Counted from the stretch's first letter, positions 1 to 10,193 are shown. The stretch: 43,818 nt of DNA from Candidatus Aminicenantales bacterium (GCA_049515535.1 JBEKTZ010000013.1:62001-105818), one strand, 5' to 3'. The notes: generated by a model not told the origin, from the sequence alone. Numbers and translations are program-made.

Positions 1-510
1 GGGCGTCCCGCGAAATTCCGTCAGATGGGCCTGGGCGCAGTCTTCGATCACGAGCAGGTTGTTCCGCTTCGCGATGGCCAGGATCTTGTCCATCTGGGCG
101 GATTGGCCGTAGAGATGAACGGCGATAATGGCTTTGGTCTTCGATGTGATGGCGCGCTCCACCTGTCCGGGGTCGATATTGAAGTAGTCGGCTTCACAAT
201 CGACGAAGACAGGGCTGGCCCCGCACAAACTCACCGCCTCGGCGGTGGCGAAGAAGGTATTGGTCGGGACGATGATCTCGTTCCCGGGCCCAAAGCCGAG
301 GGCCCAGAGGGCGATATGCAGAGCAGCCGTTCCAGAATTCACGCCTACGGCATATGTAGCCCCGTGCGCTTGGGCGAAATGATCCTCAAAGGACTTAACA
401 AAGGGGCCCGCGGAGAAGGCTGTCTTATCAAGGACTTCCTGGATGGCGTGGTTGATCTCGTCCTTGATTGTCAGGTATTGCGCTTTTAAATCGACAAAGT
501 TGACTTTCAT
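1..510 (-). CDS. DegT/DnrJ/EryC1/StrS sugar aminotransferase (WbpE-like), runs off the window edge
   Basis: Not in the ORF track because no stop falls in the window. Manual translation from ATG 510 gives [12 protein letters not shown]...VNSGTAALH...IIAVHLYGQ...VIEDCAQAH, typical fold-type I sugar aminotransferase motifs. Confidence 0.92.
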   Translation of the reverse strand, partial: MKVNFVDLKAQYLTIKDEINHAIQEVLDKTAFSAGPFVKSFEDHFAQAHGATYAVGVNSGTAALHIALWALGFGPGNEIIVPTNTFFATAEAVSLCGASPVFVDCEADYFNIDPGQVERAITSKTKAIIAVHLYGQSAQMDKILAIAKRNNLLVIEDCAQAHLTEFRGTP

Positions 511-518
511 GATGAGTC

Positions 519-998
519 TCACAAGGATCTTAATTTTTTGGCCGGATTTCCGGCCCAGACTTCGCGAGGCGGGATGTCCTTGGTCACGACGCTGCCGGCT
601 CCGACGAGGGCCTCGTCGCCGATGCTGACCCCCCCTAAAATGGTCGCTCCGCTCCCGATCGAGACGTTCCGGCCGACCCGGGTTGTCACGAAGCGGTCGG
701 CCCAATCTTTTTCGGTTTCCAGCCCGCCCTCGGCATTCACCGACCGGGGATAGTTGTCATTGATAAATACGACGCCGTGTCCGATGAAGCAGTTATCGCC
801 GATCGTCACTCCTTCGCAGATGAACGTATGCGAGGAGATTTTGCAGTTTTTGCCGACGGTTGCGTTTTTTTGGATTTCGACAAAAGCTCCGATCTTGGTT
901 TGGTCCCCGATCTCACACCCGTAGAGGTTGATGAATCGGGCGAGTTTTACGTGGGTCCCGAGCTTGACATCCGGGGCGATCGCTTGATAATCGTTCAT
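519..998 (-). CDS. Hexapeptide-repeat N-acyltransferase (WbpD-like)
   Basis: Left-handed beta-helix repeats ([30 protein letters not shown]) and C-terminal VWAGNPA; start overlaps the upstream stop. Confidence 0.9.
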   Translation of the reverse strand: MNDYQAIAPDVKLGTHVKLARFINLYGCEIGDQTKIGAFVEIQKNATVGKNCKISSHTFICEGVTIGDNCFIGHGVVFINDNYPRSVNAEGGLETEKDWADRFVTTRVGRNVSIGSGATILGGVSIGDEALVGAGSVVTKDIPPREVWAGNPAKKLRSL

Positions 999-1999
999 AA
1001 TTTCACCATTCTTCCGTTGTTTTTTATGGATAAGTCGGATGCTTCGAGGATCTTGACGACGCGCAAACCCGCCTCGCCGTCGTTGAGAGGGGTCTTGTTC
1101 TGAAGGATGCAGTCGACGAAGTAGTCGGCCTCGAGTTTCAACGCCTCCCGTTTATCCACTGTCGGCGTCCAGATGTCGCCGGACCGATAGCTGATCAAAA
1201 GGTCATAGATGCCTTCTTTGGTTTCGATGTTGACGCCTTTTTCGTAGACTTTCACCTTTTCGTCGGATTCCAGGTCGTTCCAGACGATCATCTTTTTTTC
1301 GCCGCCGATCAGCGTCATCCGGATCTTGACCGGAGACAACCAGTTCACGTTGAAGTGAGCGATCTTGTTGTCGTCAAAATAGACGGTGATATAGGCTATA
1401 TCCTCGAGCGATCGGCCGAAATGGCCGATGCCCGTCGCGACGATCGCCGCCGGCTTTCCCGGAATGAGATAATCCATGATCGAAAAGTCATGGGGCGCCA
1501 GGTCCCAGACCACGTTGACATCATGCTGAAAGAGCCCCAGGTTGACCCGGGTGGAGTCATAGTAATACAAGTTGCCCAGGAGGCCTTGATTGATCAATTC
1601 TTTGATCTTCCGGACGGCGCCGGTGAACAAAAAGGTGTGATCGACCATGATTTTAAGGTTTTTTTTCAGGGCCAGATCGATGAGGCGTTCGGCTTCGACC
1701 GTCGATGCGGTGAAGGGCTTTTCGACAAAAATGTGTTTGCCGTTCTCGAGGGCTGATTTGGCCAGTTCAAAATGGGTGTAAACGGGAGTGACGATGGCGA
1801 CGGCATCGATGTCGGGGGACGTCAAAATCTCCCGAGGATCTGCGACCACTCTCGTATTGGGGTACTGTTTGTGAGCTTTCAGAAGAGCCTGCGGATTCAT
1901 GTCGCAAATCGAAACGACTTGGACCCCTTCGGATAGGGTGAAATTCCTGACGACATTAGGACCCCAATATCCAAAGCCGATGACACCGAGATGAATCAT
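995..1999 (-). CDS. Gfo/Idh/MocA family oxidoreductase (WbpB-like sugar dehydrogenase)
   Basis: GVIGFGYWG Rossmann motif, HIFVEKP, DLAPHD. Start moved to ATG 1999, which follows a GAAGGAG RBS. Confidence 0.9.
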   Translation of the reverse strand: MIHLGVIGFGYWGPNVVRNFTLSEGVQVVSICDMNPQALLKAHKQYPNTRVVADPREILTSPDIDAVAIVTPVYTHFELAKSALENGKHIFVEKPFTASTVEAERLIDLALKKNLKIMVDHTFLFTGAVRKIKELINQGLLGNLYYYDSTRVNLGLFQHDVNVVWDLAPHDFSIMDYLIPGKPAAIVATGIGHFGRSLEDIAYITVYFDDNKIAHFNVNWLSPVKIRMTLIGGEKKMIVWNDLESDEKVKVYEKGVNIETKEGIYDLLISYRSGDIWTPTVDKREALKLEADYFVDCILQNKTPLNDGEAGLRVVKILEASDLSIKNNGRMVKL

Positions 2000-2260
2000 G
2001 ATAATGACTCCTTCTGATTTAATGGTAATGAGGCTGCATACCACAATAAAATATCGACATTAGAGCATAATGCATATGCTACCGCCTTTAAGTAAAGGAG
2101 GGTCGTGTGACCTGCCACATACTCCTTGTTCATTATAACTATTTGCGCTGCAGCTGTCGACCAAAAAGGGGGCAAAAAGGAGGCATTTTACGTTTCAAGG
2201 GAGGGATTTTCGAAAACTGCGGCAGCGAAATCTATCCCGGGAATCGGCCCAATGATCGGT

Positions 2261-5200
2261 TTACCGCTTGATTTGAACTCCCTTGGGAGCTGTGATTGCA
2301 GCGTCGCTATTTCCGGACATCTGGTATTCATCCTTCCCGCGATCGATGAGGGAGATGTTTGTCATAATGGCAAAGTCATCACCCGGCTGGAGGTCCTCAT
2401 AATAAAAAACATCCCCCGGTTTAAAGCCCGCCGGATTCTGCACCGTCACGGCCATCGGCTTTCCGGGGCGGACGCTGCTGATACGGGTGCTGACACCGGA
2501 GATCGTCGTAATCCTTTTTCCCCGGAAGAAACCCGTATCCCCGGCCCCGCTAACGCCAATGGCGTATTCATGGGGAATAAGGCTGAGAATCTCCTGGGAC
2601 TCGGACATGGCTTCCACATTTCCTTTTCCAAGCTGAGGTGTTCCGTCAAGAAGAACTCGCCGTCCGCACCCGTCTTTTTCAACGCGAACAATACGATATG
2701 CTGTGGTGCGCGAATAAACTGGATTACTGAACACGATGACTTGGTTGTTGAGACTGCCATCCACGGGCAGGAGAGTCTCGGTGTTTATCGCGTTCTTCTC
2801 AAAATCGACCGAGACGATTCTCCCGCTCCATTTGTTAACTTTGGGCTTCACTTCCCAGCCAAATCCGGCCAGGTATTCCGATCCAACCAGGCTTAACGAG
2901 AATAGCTTTCCGGCCTTGATCCGAACATGGGCAAACCGGCCGGCAAAAGAAATATCGCCCGCTTTCCGCCGCACGTCATCATCCGTGGAAATGACATAAT
3001 CGGTGGTTCCGTCGTCGTGTTTGATTTTTACGGCGACAGGCACGATCGGGGAGTCGATTTCCCCGAGAGATATCCGTTCGATTTCGCGGACAGAGGGAGT
3101 TCCGGTATAAGGTTCAACGACGGCTACATATTCGCTAGCGAGGCGCTCTCCGCGGCGCCTGGCGAGAACATATCGGGCTTTTGGATAATCCGGATAGAGC
3201 CCGCTGGCGACGGCTGTTATGACCTCTGTCCCCGGTGTTGCGGGCATGATGACCTGAACCTGTGTGGCCTGGTCGATCGTCCAATTCGCGCTCCAAGGGA
3301 TGTCGGCCTTCCCGCGGCGAGGTCGGCTCAAAAAGCCATAGCCATTCCCCGGAGGAGGAATCCAGTAGGGAGCATTGGGATGGCCTTGGATATCCCCATC
3401 GTTGAGCTGTTTGTCACTCCAGGAAATATCGGGTCCAGCGAGTGAGCCTTTTTCTTCGGGACCCAAGGTGACCCCCGAAAAATCGATCTTTGTGCCGGGG
3501 GTGTGGAAAATCCAGTCGTGCTGACGGCCGCCCCGAACCCGGAAAATATCCAGAAGATATGTGTTTTTTCCTTGGCCGATAAGGGCATTCAAACGGCGGT
3601 AGACAGAAACCCCCTGGGCGGCCAAGGAGGACTCGCTCGAAGCCTCGGCCAATTTGATGAAGGGCAAGTCGGCAAAGAGGTTGAGACTTCCTCCTGTTCC
3701 CGCCTCTTTCATCTGCGAAGTTTCGTCCACGACAACGAGATTATGGCTCGCGCTTTGGCAGGCCCACCCGGCCTGGGTATGGCTGGCCGCGGTGAAACCA
3801 TACCCGAGGTCATAGGTCAGCTCATAGCCCCGCGCGAAATAATTGATGTTCAAGTCATCGAGATGGCTGTGATTGAGAGCGGGCCCGAATCGCAGGACTA
3901 AACCTTGCGCGTCCTGACCTTCGCCCGCGCGCAACACCGCGAAACCTTTCTGGCCGAGAAAGGAGCTGGCGGTCAGGCGTCGCGCCCATTCGGCGGGAAG
4001 CGGCCCATCGCCTTTCGGAGCTTCGCCCGCATGGAAAAGCATCCAAATTCGATCTGATAGCCCCCCGCCGAGGAGATCGCCGGGATCTCGGTACATGCTG
4101 AAACCGGCGGAAATTCGGCGGTCGGAGATGAAAAGCCCGGTTGGGTCGCCGCTGCTTTTCAGGCCACGCAGATCGTCGAGTCGGCCATTGCTCAACCAGT
4201 TTAGAATGGTCCCGGCTTCAAGACGCCGGGCAGGATCGTTCGTCCTGGAAAAAAGTTTTTCCATGAAATCATAATCGCTGCGATCAAACGGACGGGAGAG
4301 ACCGGGACGCTTGAGCAGGTCGGGCGGAGCGTCTCCGTATCGGGGAATGTGTCCGGCACATTGCAGGATGAGGTTTTGCGGCAGCATCATCTGCCGAAAT
4401 TTTGGATTCTGATATAGATTCAAACCCTTCGGATACGCCCGGCCTCGATAATTTAACAGCGGTTCGGCAAAGGTGAAATAGAGTTCGCGGGTATGGTCCG
4501 CATATAAAGACGTGACCTCGAAGTAAGCGCCGTCGCGACTGATATTGTTTTCGAGGAGGTTGAGAATTCCAAATGGTCCTTCCGCGGCCCAACGGACATA
4601 TTCGGGGATCCCCAGGCAGACGCCGACCGCCAGAGCACCGCGCTCGTAATCGGCCTCGCCATTGTGAAGCCTCCCGGCTTTTGATTCTTCGTAGCAATAT
4701 TCGCCGCCATCCATCAACAGATTATTTTCGATGTTCTGCCGCTTCGTCAGCCCCGGCTTGACGGAGGGTGTCTCCAGCGATTTGCTGTTATAAAGCTGGT
4801 CGTATTGGTCGACATAGTGGATGAGCATCCGCGAAACCTGATACCAGGGCCGATCAAAGCGACCGCTCAACGCATTGGAAGGATAGTCCCAACATCCCTT
4901 ACGGCATTCGGGATAGATCGCCGCGAGGGCATCAAGAATAAAAGCGGCCTTGACGGCGTAGCGTTCATCGCCGGTCAAACTATAAGCGCATGCGAGATTT
5001 TCCAGAGCCTTGAAGGTGAGCGTTTCGACGACCCAGGCATTATAAGTCCCGATGAAGTAGTGGATGCGGCCGTCGGGCGCGATATAGCCTGTGCCGGGGT
5101 CGGGATGATTTTTATCGGGTAACGTGTGGCCGTTTTTGCACGTCACTTGTCGGGGACGAAGAAAAGAAGCTCCGTCGCGGCCAAAAGGCCCCCAGCTCGC

Positions 5201-5500
5201 TCCGCAGATAGGGCAGCCTGTAATCCCATAGGCAAAAGCCGAGCCAGGCGCCGGAACGGCGCTCATCAGCCAGGCATCTTCCCTTTTAAGCCACACGTCG
5301 GCTTCCCCGAGGACGGCTTCGGCGATTTCTTTGGCCCAGGCATAACGTCGAATATTCTCTCTGCCGCGTTGGACATCGGCGGGCGTTAGAAATACCGTGG
5401 GGTGAATTTTTGAGCCTTCAATCGTCAAGGTCGGGCGGGTCGCCGCTTCAACGCCATTCAGGAGGCTCAGAATGATCAGAATCAAGCTGACTCTTTTCAC
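2261..5500 (-). CDS. Secreted heparinase II/III-family protein (1079 aa)
   Basis: Signal peptide; helical region with NLACAYSLTGDERYAVKAAFIL; DGAYFE; NHSHLDDLN...DLGY; SASHNLVVVDE motifs of heparinase II/III-like lyases. Confidence 0.8.
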   Translation of the reverse strand: MKRVSLILIILSLLNGVEAATRPTLTIEGSKIHPTVFLTPADVQRGRENIRRYAWAKEIAEAVLGEADVWLKREDAWLMSAVPAPGSAFAYGITGCPICGASWGPFGRDGASFLRPRQVTCKNGHTLPDKNHPDPGTGYIAPDGRIHYFIGTYNAWVVETLTFKALENLACAYSLTGDERYAVKAAFILDALAAIYPECRKGCWDYPSNALSGRFDRPWYQVSRMLIHYVDQYDQLYNSKSLETPSVKPGLTKRQNIENNLLMDGGEYCYEESKAGRLHNGEADYERGALAVGVCLGIPEYVRWAAEGPFGILNLLENNISRDGAYFEVTSLYADHTRELYFTFAEPLLNYRGRAYPKGLNLYQNPKFRQMMLPQNLILQCAGHIPRYGDAPPDLLKRPGLSRPFDRSDYDFMEKLFSRTNDPARRLEAGTILNWLSNGRLDDLRGLKSSGDPTGLFISDRRISAGFSMYRDPGDLLGGGLSDRIWMLFHAGEAPKGDGPLPAEWARRLTASSFLGQKGFAVLRAGEGQDAQGLVLRFGPALNHSHLDDLNINYFARGYELTYDLGYGFTAASHTQAGWACQSASHNLVVVDETSQMKEAGTGGSLNLFADLPFIKLAEASSESSLAAQGVSVYRRLNALIGQGKNTYLLDIFRVRGGRQHDWIFHTPGTKIDFSGVTLGPEEKGSLAGPDISWSDKQLNDGDIQGHPNAPYWIPPPGNGYGFLSRPRRGKADIPWSANWTIDQATQVQVIMPATPGTEVITAVASGLYPDYPKARYVLARRRGERLASEYVAVVEPYTGTPSVREIERISLGEIDSPIVPVAVKIKHDDGTTDYVISTDDDVRRKAGDISFAGRFAHVRIKAGKLFSLSLVGSEYLAGFGWEVKPKVNKWSGRIVSVDFEKNAINTETLLPVDGSLNNQVIVFSNPVYSRTTAYRIVRVEKDGCGRRVLLDGTPQLGKGNVEAMSESQEILSLIPHEYAIGVSGAGDTGFFRGKRITTISGVSTRISSVRPGKPMAVTVQNPAGFKPGDVFYYEDLQPGDDFAIMTNISLIDRGKDEYQMSGNSDAAITAPKGVQIKR

Positions 5501-5609
5501 GCCACGCTCCTGCTTTTTGAGCTCTTTTCTTCTAAAAAATACGGGTCATTTTCGATATCATGAAGGAGTCCCTCGGAATCATTGCGGAAAATAAGAAAAC
5601 GTCCTCACT

Positions 5610-6485
5610 TTATGCCCGGAGGGACTTTTTCCGGTCAAAGCTTTCCAGGGCAAATGCGACGAAGACAAAGATAAAAAAGCTGATGATGGCCGTCGCAAGG
5701 ATGAGGGTCCCCCTCGTCGAGGAAACCGGTTCAGGGGAGACGGAAGGATGTTTGACGACTCGGGTGAAATCGATCCTTGCTTTTTGATCTTTAAAACTGT
5801 TCATGTCATTTTTTTTGGTGTTGAGCATCTCTTTCATTTCTTCATGATATCTCAGGCTGAGCTGGATATTAGTGGAATACAAGAGCATCGCCAGGCTTTC
5901 CGATTCTGTTCTTTTTTCGGTCTTCAGGTATTGGCGCTGATCATTTTCCAAAGATTCTATTCTTTTTTGGACTTGTTCCATATCCGTTTCTAACACTTTG
6001 ATTTCCATATCTCTTTGTTTGATTTTGATATCAAGGGCGTTGATCTCGATTTCCGCCTTGGCATCAAACTCTGCCTTCAGGAATTTGATGAGGGCCTGTA
6101 AAATCAACTTGGCTTTTTCGACATCCTTATGTCTCATAGAAATCAGGACCAGGTTTGTGTCCTTGGTGTTTACAGCCTTGAACTTAGGGATCGATTTGAG
6201 GTCCAGCTTCAATTCGTCGGCGATCTTGCTGTTATAAGACGATTCACTGATCTGGCTCGCAATTTGCTTGGCATCGAAAAGGACGGCTTCGCCATAAAAG
6301 CCTTGTGGGTTCTGAGTCAGGATTTTGCTCGGGAGAATTGCGCAGCTCACCTCCCAGACTTTTGGCAAGACGAAGCTTATGGCGGCAGCAGCGAGAACAA
6401 GGAACAGCGTGGGGATAAGGATCAGCCGCTTTCTTTTCCAACAGATTTCAAGATAATCGATTAGCTCCGGCCCTGGTTCTTCCAT
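5610..6485 (-). CDS. wzz: Wzz/FepE-type polysaccharide chain-length determinant
   Basis: ELIDYLEICWKRKRLI start, N-terminal TM, central coiled coil, proline-rich PSVSPEPVS before a C-terminal TM. Confidence 0.8.
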   Translation of the reverse strand: MEEPGPELIDYLEICWKRKRLILIPTLFLVLAAAAISFVLPKVWEVSCAILPSKILTQNPQGFYGEAVLFDAKQIASQISESSYNSKIADELKLDLKSIPKFKAVNTKDTNLVLISMRHKDVEKAKLILQALIKFLKAEFDAKAEIEINALDIKIKQRDMEIKVLETDMEQVQKRIESLENDQRQYLKTEKRTESESLAMLLYSTNIQLSLRYHEEMKEMLNTKKNDMNSFKDQKARIDFTRVVKHPSVSPEPVSSTRGTLILATAIISFFIFVFVAFALESFDRKKSLRA

Positions 6486-6723
6486 CGGATCCTCAATTCT
6501 ATAATAAAATACAGCAGTTCTTTCAAAATATCAAGGTGCCTCTGAAAAGGGATCGGATCGGGGAAACGAAAGCGAGATGATCCGGACTAAGAGGCTGATC
6601 CCCCGAAAAAGGTTGATTGGTTTTTTAGCCTGAAAACGATAAAATTATCATTGTGCATTTCTTGGATTTGTCGGATTATGCTTCAAGAAATATAATGAGG
6701 ACAGCGATCATTCGGAGGCCTGG

Positions 6724-8949
6724 ATGAACAGAAGTACGATTCCCGTTCTATGCGGCCTATCCCTATGGCTCTTGACCTCCGCCGGCACGGACAGGTGCCA
6801 AGCCCGGGGAAAAAGCCTCCTGAAGAACTATTGTTTGAATTTTGAAAGCGGACGCTTTTATCAGGTTCAAAAAGGCTTTTATAAAAGCCTCAATTCCGTC
6901 GAAATCCATCCCGTGGAGGCGGCCGGCTACGCCCTTGACAATTACCAAAAATATCTGAATACCGGAAGCGGGGCGTTCAAAAGCGAGTTCTTGGACACGG
7001 CCGATAGTCTCCTAGCCGCCATGGTTTTACGGAACTCGGACGATCGATCCAAAATCGGGCTGTGGTTTTACAACTTTGACTGGGATTATCTGGGAACGAC
7101 GATTCCAAAACCGTGGCTTTCGGGAATGGCTCAAGGGATGATCCTTTCGGTAATGATGAGAGCCTACGATCTAACCCAAGAGCCAAAGTATCGGGAGGCG
7201 ATGACCTGCGCTTTCAACTCGCTTGTCAAACCGTCGTCCGTCAGAAATTTGATAGTCAGTGAGACTGCGACGGAGTACTGGATCGAAGAATACCCGCCGG
7301 TTCATATCCTCAATCATGAGCTCATGTCGTCGAGCGTCCTGAACGGCGGTCTGATCGGCGTCTATGGATTATTGGAATACTTCCAATACACGCGGTCGGA
7401 CCTGCGCGGCGTGATCGAGCCAAAAATATTGAACTTTTTGAGAAGAAATATCGCGCGCTATGATATCCCCGGAGTAAGTCCTGCGTACAGCTTATTAAGG
7501 TGTGAAGTCTTCAACAGTATTTTAAATTTTGAAACCGATGTGGACGCACCGTCGGAAGTCCTGCCGCTCTATGAGATTCGGATTTCCAGCGACCGGGGGA
7601 GGCTCTTACGCGTGATCCGGTCAACGGGCGGGAGTGCCGGCTATCCCTACGCAGAATTCCGCCAAGGGGATAAGTTGGATTTTTTCTTTTCTACCGACGA
7701 GAAACACCCGGAAGCCAAGATTCCCGTGGAGTATTTGCGCCTCATCACGTCCTCCGGCGAGGTCGTGATGGCCATGGAGATGAACGGGAAGGCTTTTTAT
7801 AATGCTTGGAGCCCGGCCTACGAAATGTCGGGAAAATGGGTTCGGGACTATCTTTTAACCGGGGATGGTTACTCCGATTCCGATAAGATAGGGCGGTTTA
7901 TCATGGAATTGCCGCGGAGCGTTCCGCCCGATCAATATTTGTTCTTGGAAGTCAAATATCAGGATACCAATGCGTTTTCCGTGCCGGTCTTCATAGGTTC
8001 CCCGAACAAAATCGATGTCGGCTTTTTAAAAAACAGCGGCAGTCAGGAATGGAAGATCGAACAATTTTATATCCCCCGGTCCGGTGATTTCGCTCACTAC
8101 AACCTGTATCTGAATTTTCTCGCGGTCAAATCGTACGATGGGCGGCGGGCTCAATCCTTAGATTTCAGAAAAAAAGCGGAGGCATGGAGCGGGAATTGGC
8201 TGAAGTGGCGGGTCGATGATTTCATGATTCCGGAATTTCGAGATTCCAAAGACGTCGTCTTTGATGTGACGTATAAGGATACGAGCTCCCGGACCGTTTT
8301 TTTCAACGTCTTCAACGGGGCCAATTATGCTTTGGGAATTTTACGGAATGTCGCGGATGGCCGATGGAAGACGGACCGGTTTATCGTTCCCAGCAAATAT
8401 TTTTTATATGAAGGCAGTCATGCCGAAAAAACGACGATGGCTCTCCAAGCCTTGACCGCAGTTCAGAACCTCCTCAAGGTCAACGACTTTCAGCCCTGGC
8501 TCGAAACATGGAAAGATTCGGTCTATACTAAGGACAAGCACACGTTTGTGGTCTATGCCAAAAACAATAAAAAGATCGAGCTGCCAGTTCGATTCAAGCT
8601 TATTCAGGGCGGCGCGGCCGTGACGTTCCCCCGATCCGAGGAATGGTTTTCGGTTCCCAACGCGTCACTTCAGAATTGGAAAAACGGTCCGCTGGGTTTT
8701 AGGGTCCTGACGTTAAACCCCTATGAATATGCCTATATCCATTTACCCCACCGGTCGTTATCTCCGGACGAAAAGACGATCACACGGCTGGAAATGACCT
8801 ATCGGGATGACCCGAAGGATGAAACGCTTTACGTCGGCATCCGGGATCTGATAAAAACCCAGCTGTTTGAAATCGGAGAAATTTCCTTGACCGGCACCGG
8901 AGCGGATAAAACAGCGGTTTTTGAGATCGATCGTCGATATATTTATTGA
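6724..8949 (+). CDS. Secreted D-glucuronyl C5-epimerase (GLCE C-terminal domain)-like protein with a large insertion
   Basis: Signal peptide; WLSGMAQGMILSVMMRAY, WIEEYP and VLNGGLIGVYGL match GLCE-type motifs (W.S.MAQG...S...RAY, EEYP, LNG....GLYD); GGAGG RBS. Confidence 0.75.
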   Translation: MNRSTIPVLCGLSLWLLTSAGTDRCQARGKSLLKNYCLNFESGRFYQVQKGFYKSLNSVEIHPVEAAGYALDNYQKYLNTGSGAFKSEFLDTADSLLAAMVLRNSDDRSKIGLWFYNFDWDYLGTTIPKPWLSGMAQGMILSVMMRAYDLTQEPKYREAMTCAFNSLVKPSSVRNLIVSETATEYWIEEYPPVHILNHELMSSSVLNGGLIGVYGLLEYFQYTRSDLRGVIEPKILNFLRRNIARYDIPGVSPAYSLLRCEVFNSILNFETDVDAPSEVLPLYEIRISSDRGRLLRVIRSTGGSAGYPYAEFRQGDKLDFFFSTDEKHPEAKIPVEYLRLITSSGEVVMAMEMNGKAFYNAWSPAYEMSGKWVRDYLLTGDGYSDSDKIGRFIMELPRSVPPDQYLFLEVKYQDTNAFSVPVFIGSPNKIDVGFLKNSGSQEWKIEQFYIPRSGDFAHYNLYLNFLAVKSYDGRRAQSLDFRKKAEAWSGNWLKWRVDDFMIPEFRDSKDVVFDVTYKDTSSRTVFFNVFNGANYALGILRNVADGRWKTDRFIVPSKYFLYEGSHAEKTTMALQALTAVQNLLKVNDFQPWLETWKDSVYTKDKHTFVVYAKNNKKIELPVRFKLIQGGAAVTFPRSEEWFSVPNASLQNWKNGPLGFRVLTLNPYEYAYIHLPHRSLSPDEKTITRLEMTYRDDPKDETLYVGIRDLIKTQLFEIGEISLTGTGADKTAVFEIDRRYIY

Positions 8950-9061
8950 GATTTCGCCGATTTGATCCGGGCGCTCACCTGGAAATTCAGCGGATAAGAT
9001 TTTTCCCCATCCTATTATCGGGAGAAGACCTAATGACCGATCCTAAGGTCAAGAAGGCCGG

Positions 9062-10138
9062 TCAAAGACGCTTGTCTGTGCCGTAATAATTCCGATACCA
9101 CTCCAGAAATCTCCGGATCCCTTCCTCGATCGATGTGTGAGGCAAATCGCCGAAATCTCTTTGGATCCCGCTCATGTCGGCGAAGGTGGCGACGACATCC
9201 CCCGGTTGAGGCGGAAGATAACGGAGTTTCGCCGATTTCCCGAGCGCCTTTTGAATCGCATCGATAAAATCCATCAGTTGAACCGGTCGGGAATTGCCGA
9301 TATTGTAAATTCTATAAGAAGTTCTGGACGAGGCGGAATCAGGAGCTAGGCCTGACCAGGTCGGATCGGCTTGAGGAGGATGGGGTAAAACCCGACAGAC
9401 CCCCTCGACGATATCATCCACGTAGGTAAAGTCTCTCGTCATCCGTCCCTCGCTGTAGACGTCGATCGGCTTATCCTGAAGAATGGCCTCAGTGAATTTA
9501 AAGAGGGCCATGTCCGGCCGACCCCAGGGACCATATACGGTAAAAAAGCGCAAGCCGGTAGCGGGCAAATGATAGAGGTGGCTGTAAGAATGGGCAAAGA
9601 GTTCGTTCGATTTTTTGGACGCGCCGTAGGGACTTGTCGGATGGTCCGTCTGGTCCTTCTCCGAAAAGGGCAGCTTTTCATTGAGTCCGTAGACGCTCGA
9701 GCTGCTGGCGAAGACAAGGTGTTGGACATGATTGTGCCGGCAGCCCTCGAGGATATTTAGAAACCCGACGATGTTGCTTTGGACATAGGAATAGGGATTC
9801 TCCAGGCTGTAGCGCACACCGGCTTGGGCGGCGAGGTGGCAGACGTGGGTGAAATTCTGCTTTTGGAACAAGCGGAAGATGTTGGTCGTGTCTTCCAAAT
9901 CGAGTTTGATAAATCGGTAGCCGGGGAACGTCTCGCTCTGGATCAGGCGGTTGTCTTGAATCGCGTCCCTAGGGATACCCGTCTGTTCCAGCCTCGCGAA
10001 TTTCAAGCCGACATCATAATAGGCGTTGATATTGTCCAGGCCAACGACTTGATCGCCTTGGGCCAGAAGACGCTTCACTAAATGGAAGCCGATGAATCCC
10101 GCCGTGCCGGTGACCAAAACTTTGGGACTGTCGGTCAT
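9062..10138 (-). CDS. NAD-dependent epimerase, UDP-glucuronate 4-epimerase type
   Basis: VTGTAGFIG, HLAAQAGVRYSLENP, ASSSSVYG, YGASKK, YGPWGRPDMA. Confidence 0.9.
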   Translation of the reverse strand: MTDSPKVLVTGTAGFIGFHLVKRLLAQGDQVVGLDNINAYYDVGLKFARLEQTGIPRDAIQDNRLIQSETFPGYRFIKLDLEDTTNIFRLFQKQNFTHVCHLAAQAGVRYSLENPYSYVQSNIVGFLNILEGCRHNHVQHLVFASSSSVYGLNEKLPFSEKDQTDHPTSPYGASKKSNELFAHSYSHLYHLPATGLRFFTVYGPWGRPDMALFKFTEAILQDKPIDVYSEGRMTRDFTYVDDIVEGVCRVLPHPPQADPTWSGLAPDSASSRTSYRIYNIGNSRPVQLMDFIDAIQKALGKSAKLRYLPPQPGDVVATFADMSGIQRDFGDLPHTSIEEGIRRFLEWYRNYYGTDKRL

Positions 10139-10193
10139 GACGAAGACGGTACCTCGATTGGCGGGAGAAGACGAGGATTCGGACGCACCAAGG

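Noticed and set aside
25..489. 154-aa plus-strand ORF
   Set aside because: Shadow of the minus-strand aminotransferase at 1-510.
9033..9086. Short ORF MTDPKVKKAGQRRLSVP after GGAG, resembling the MTDSPKV start of the convergent epimerase
   Set aside because: Only 17 codons, overlaps the epimerase end, and the similarity is too short to separate from chance.
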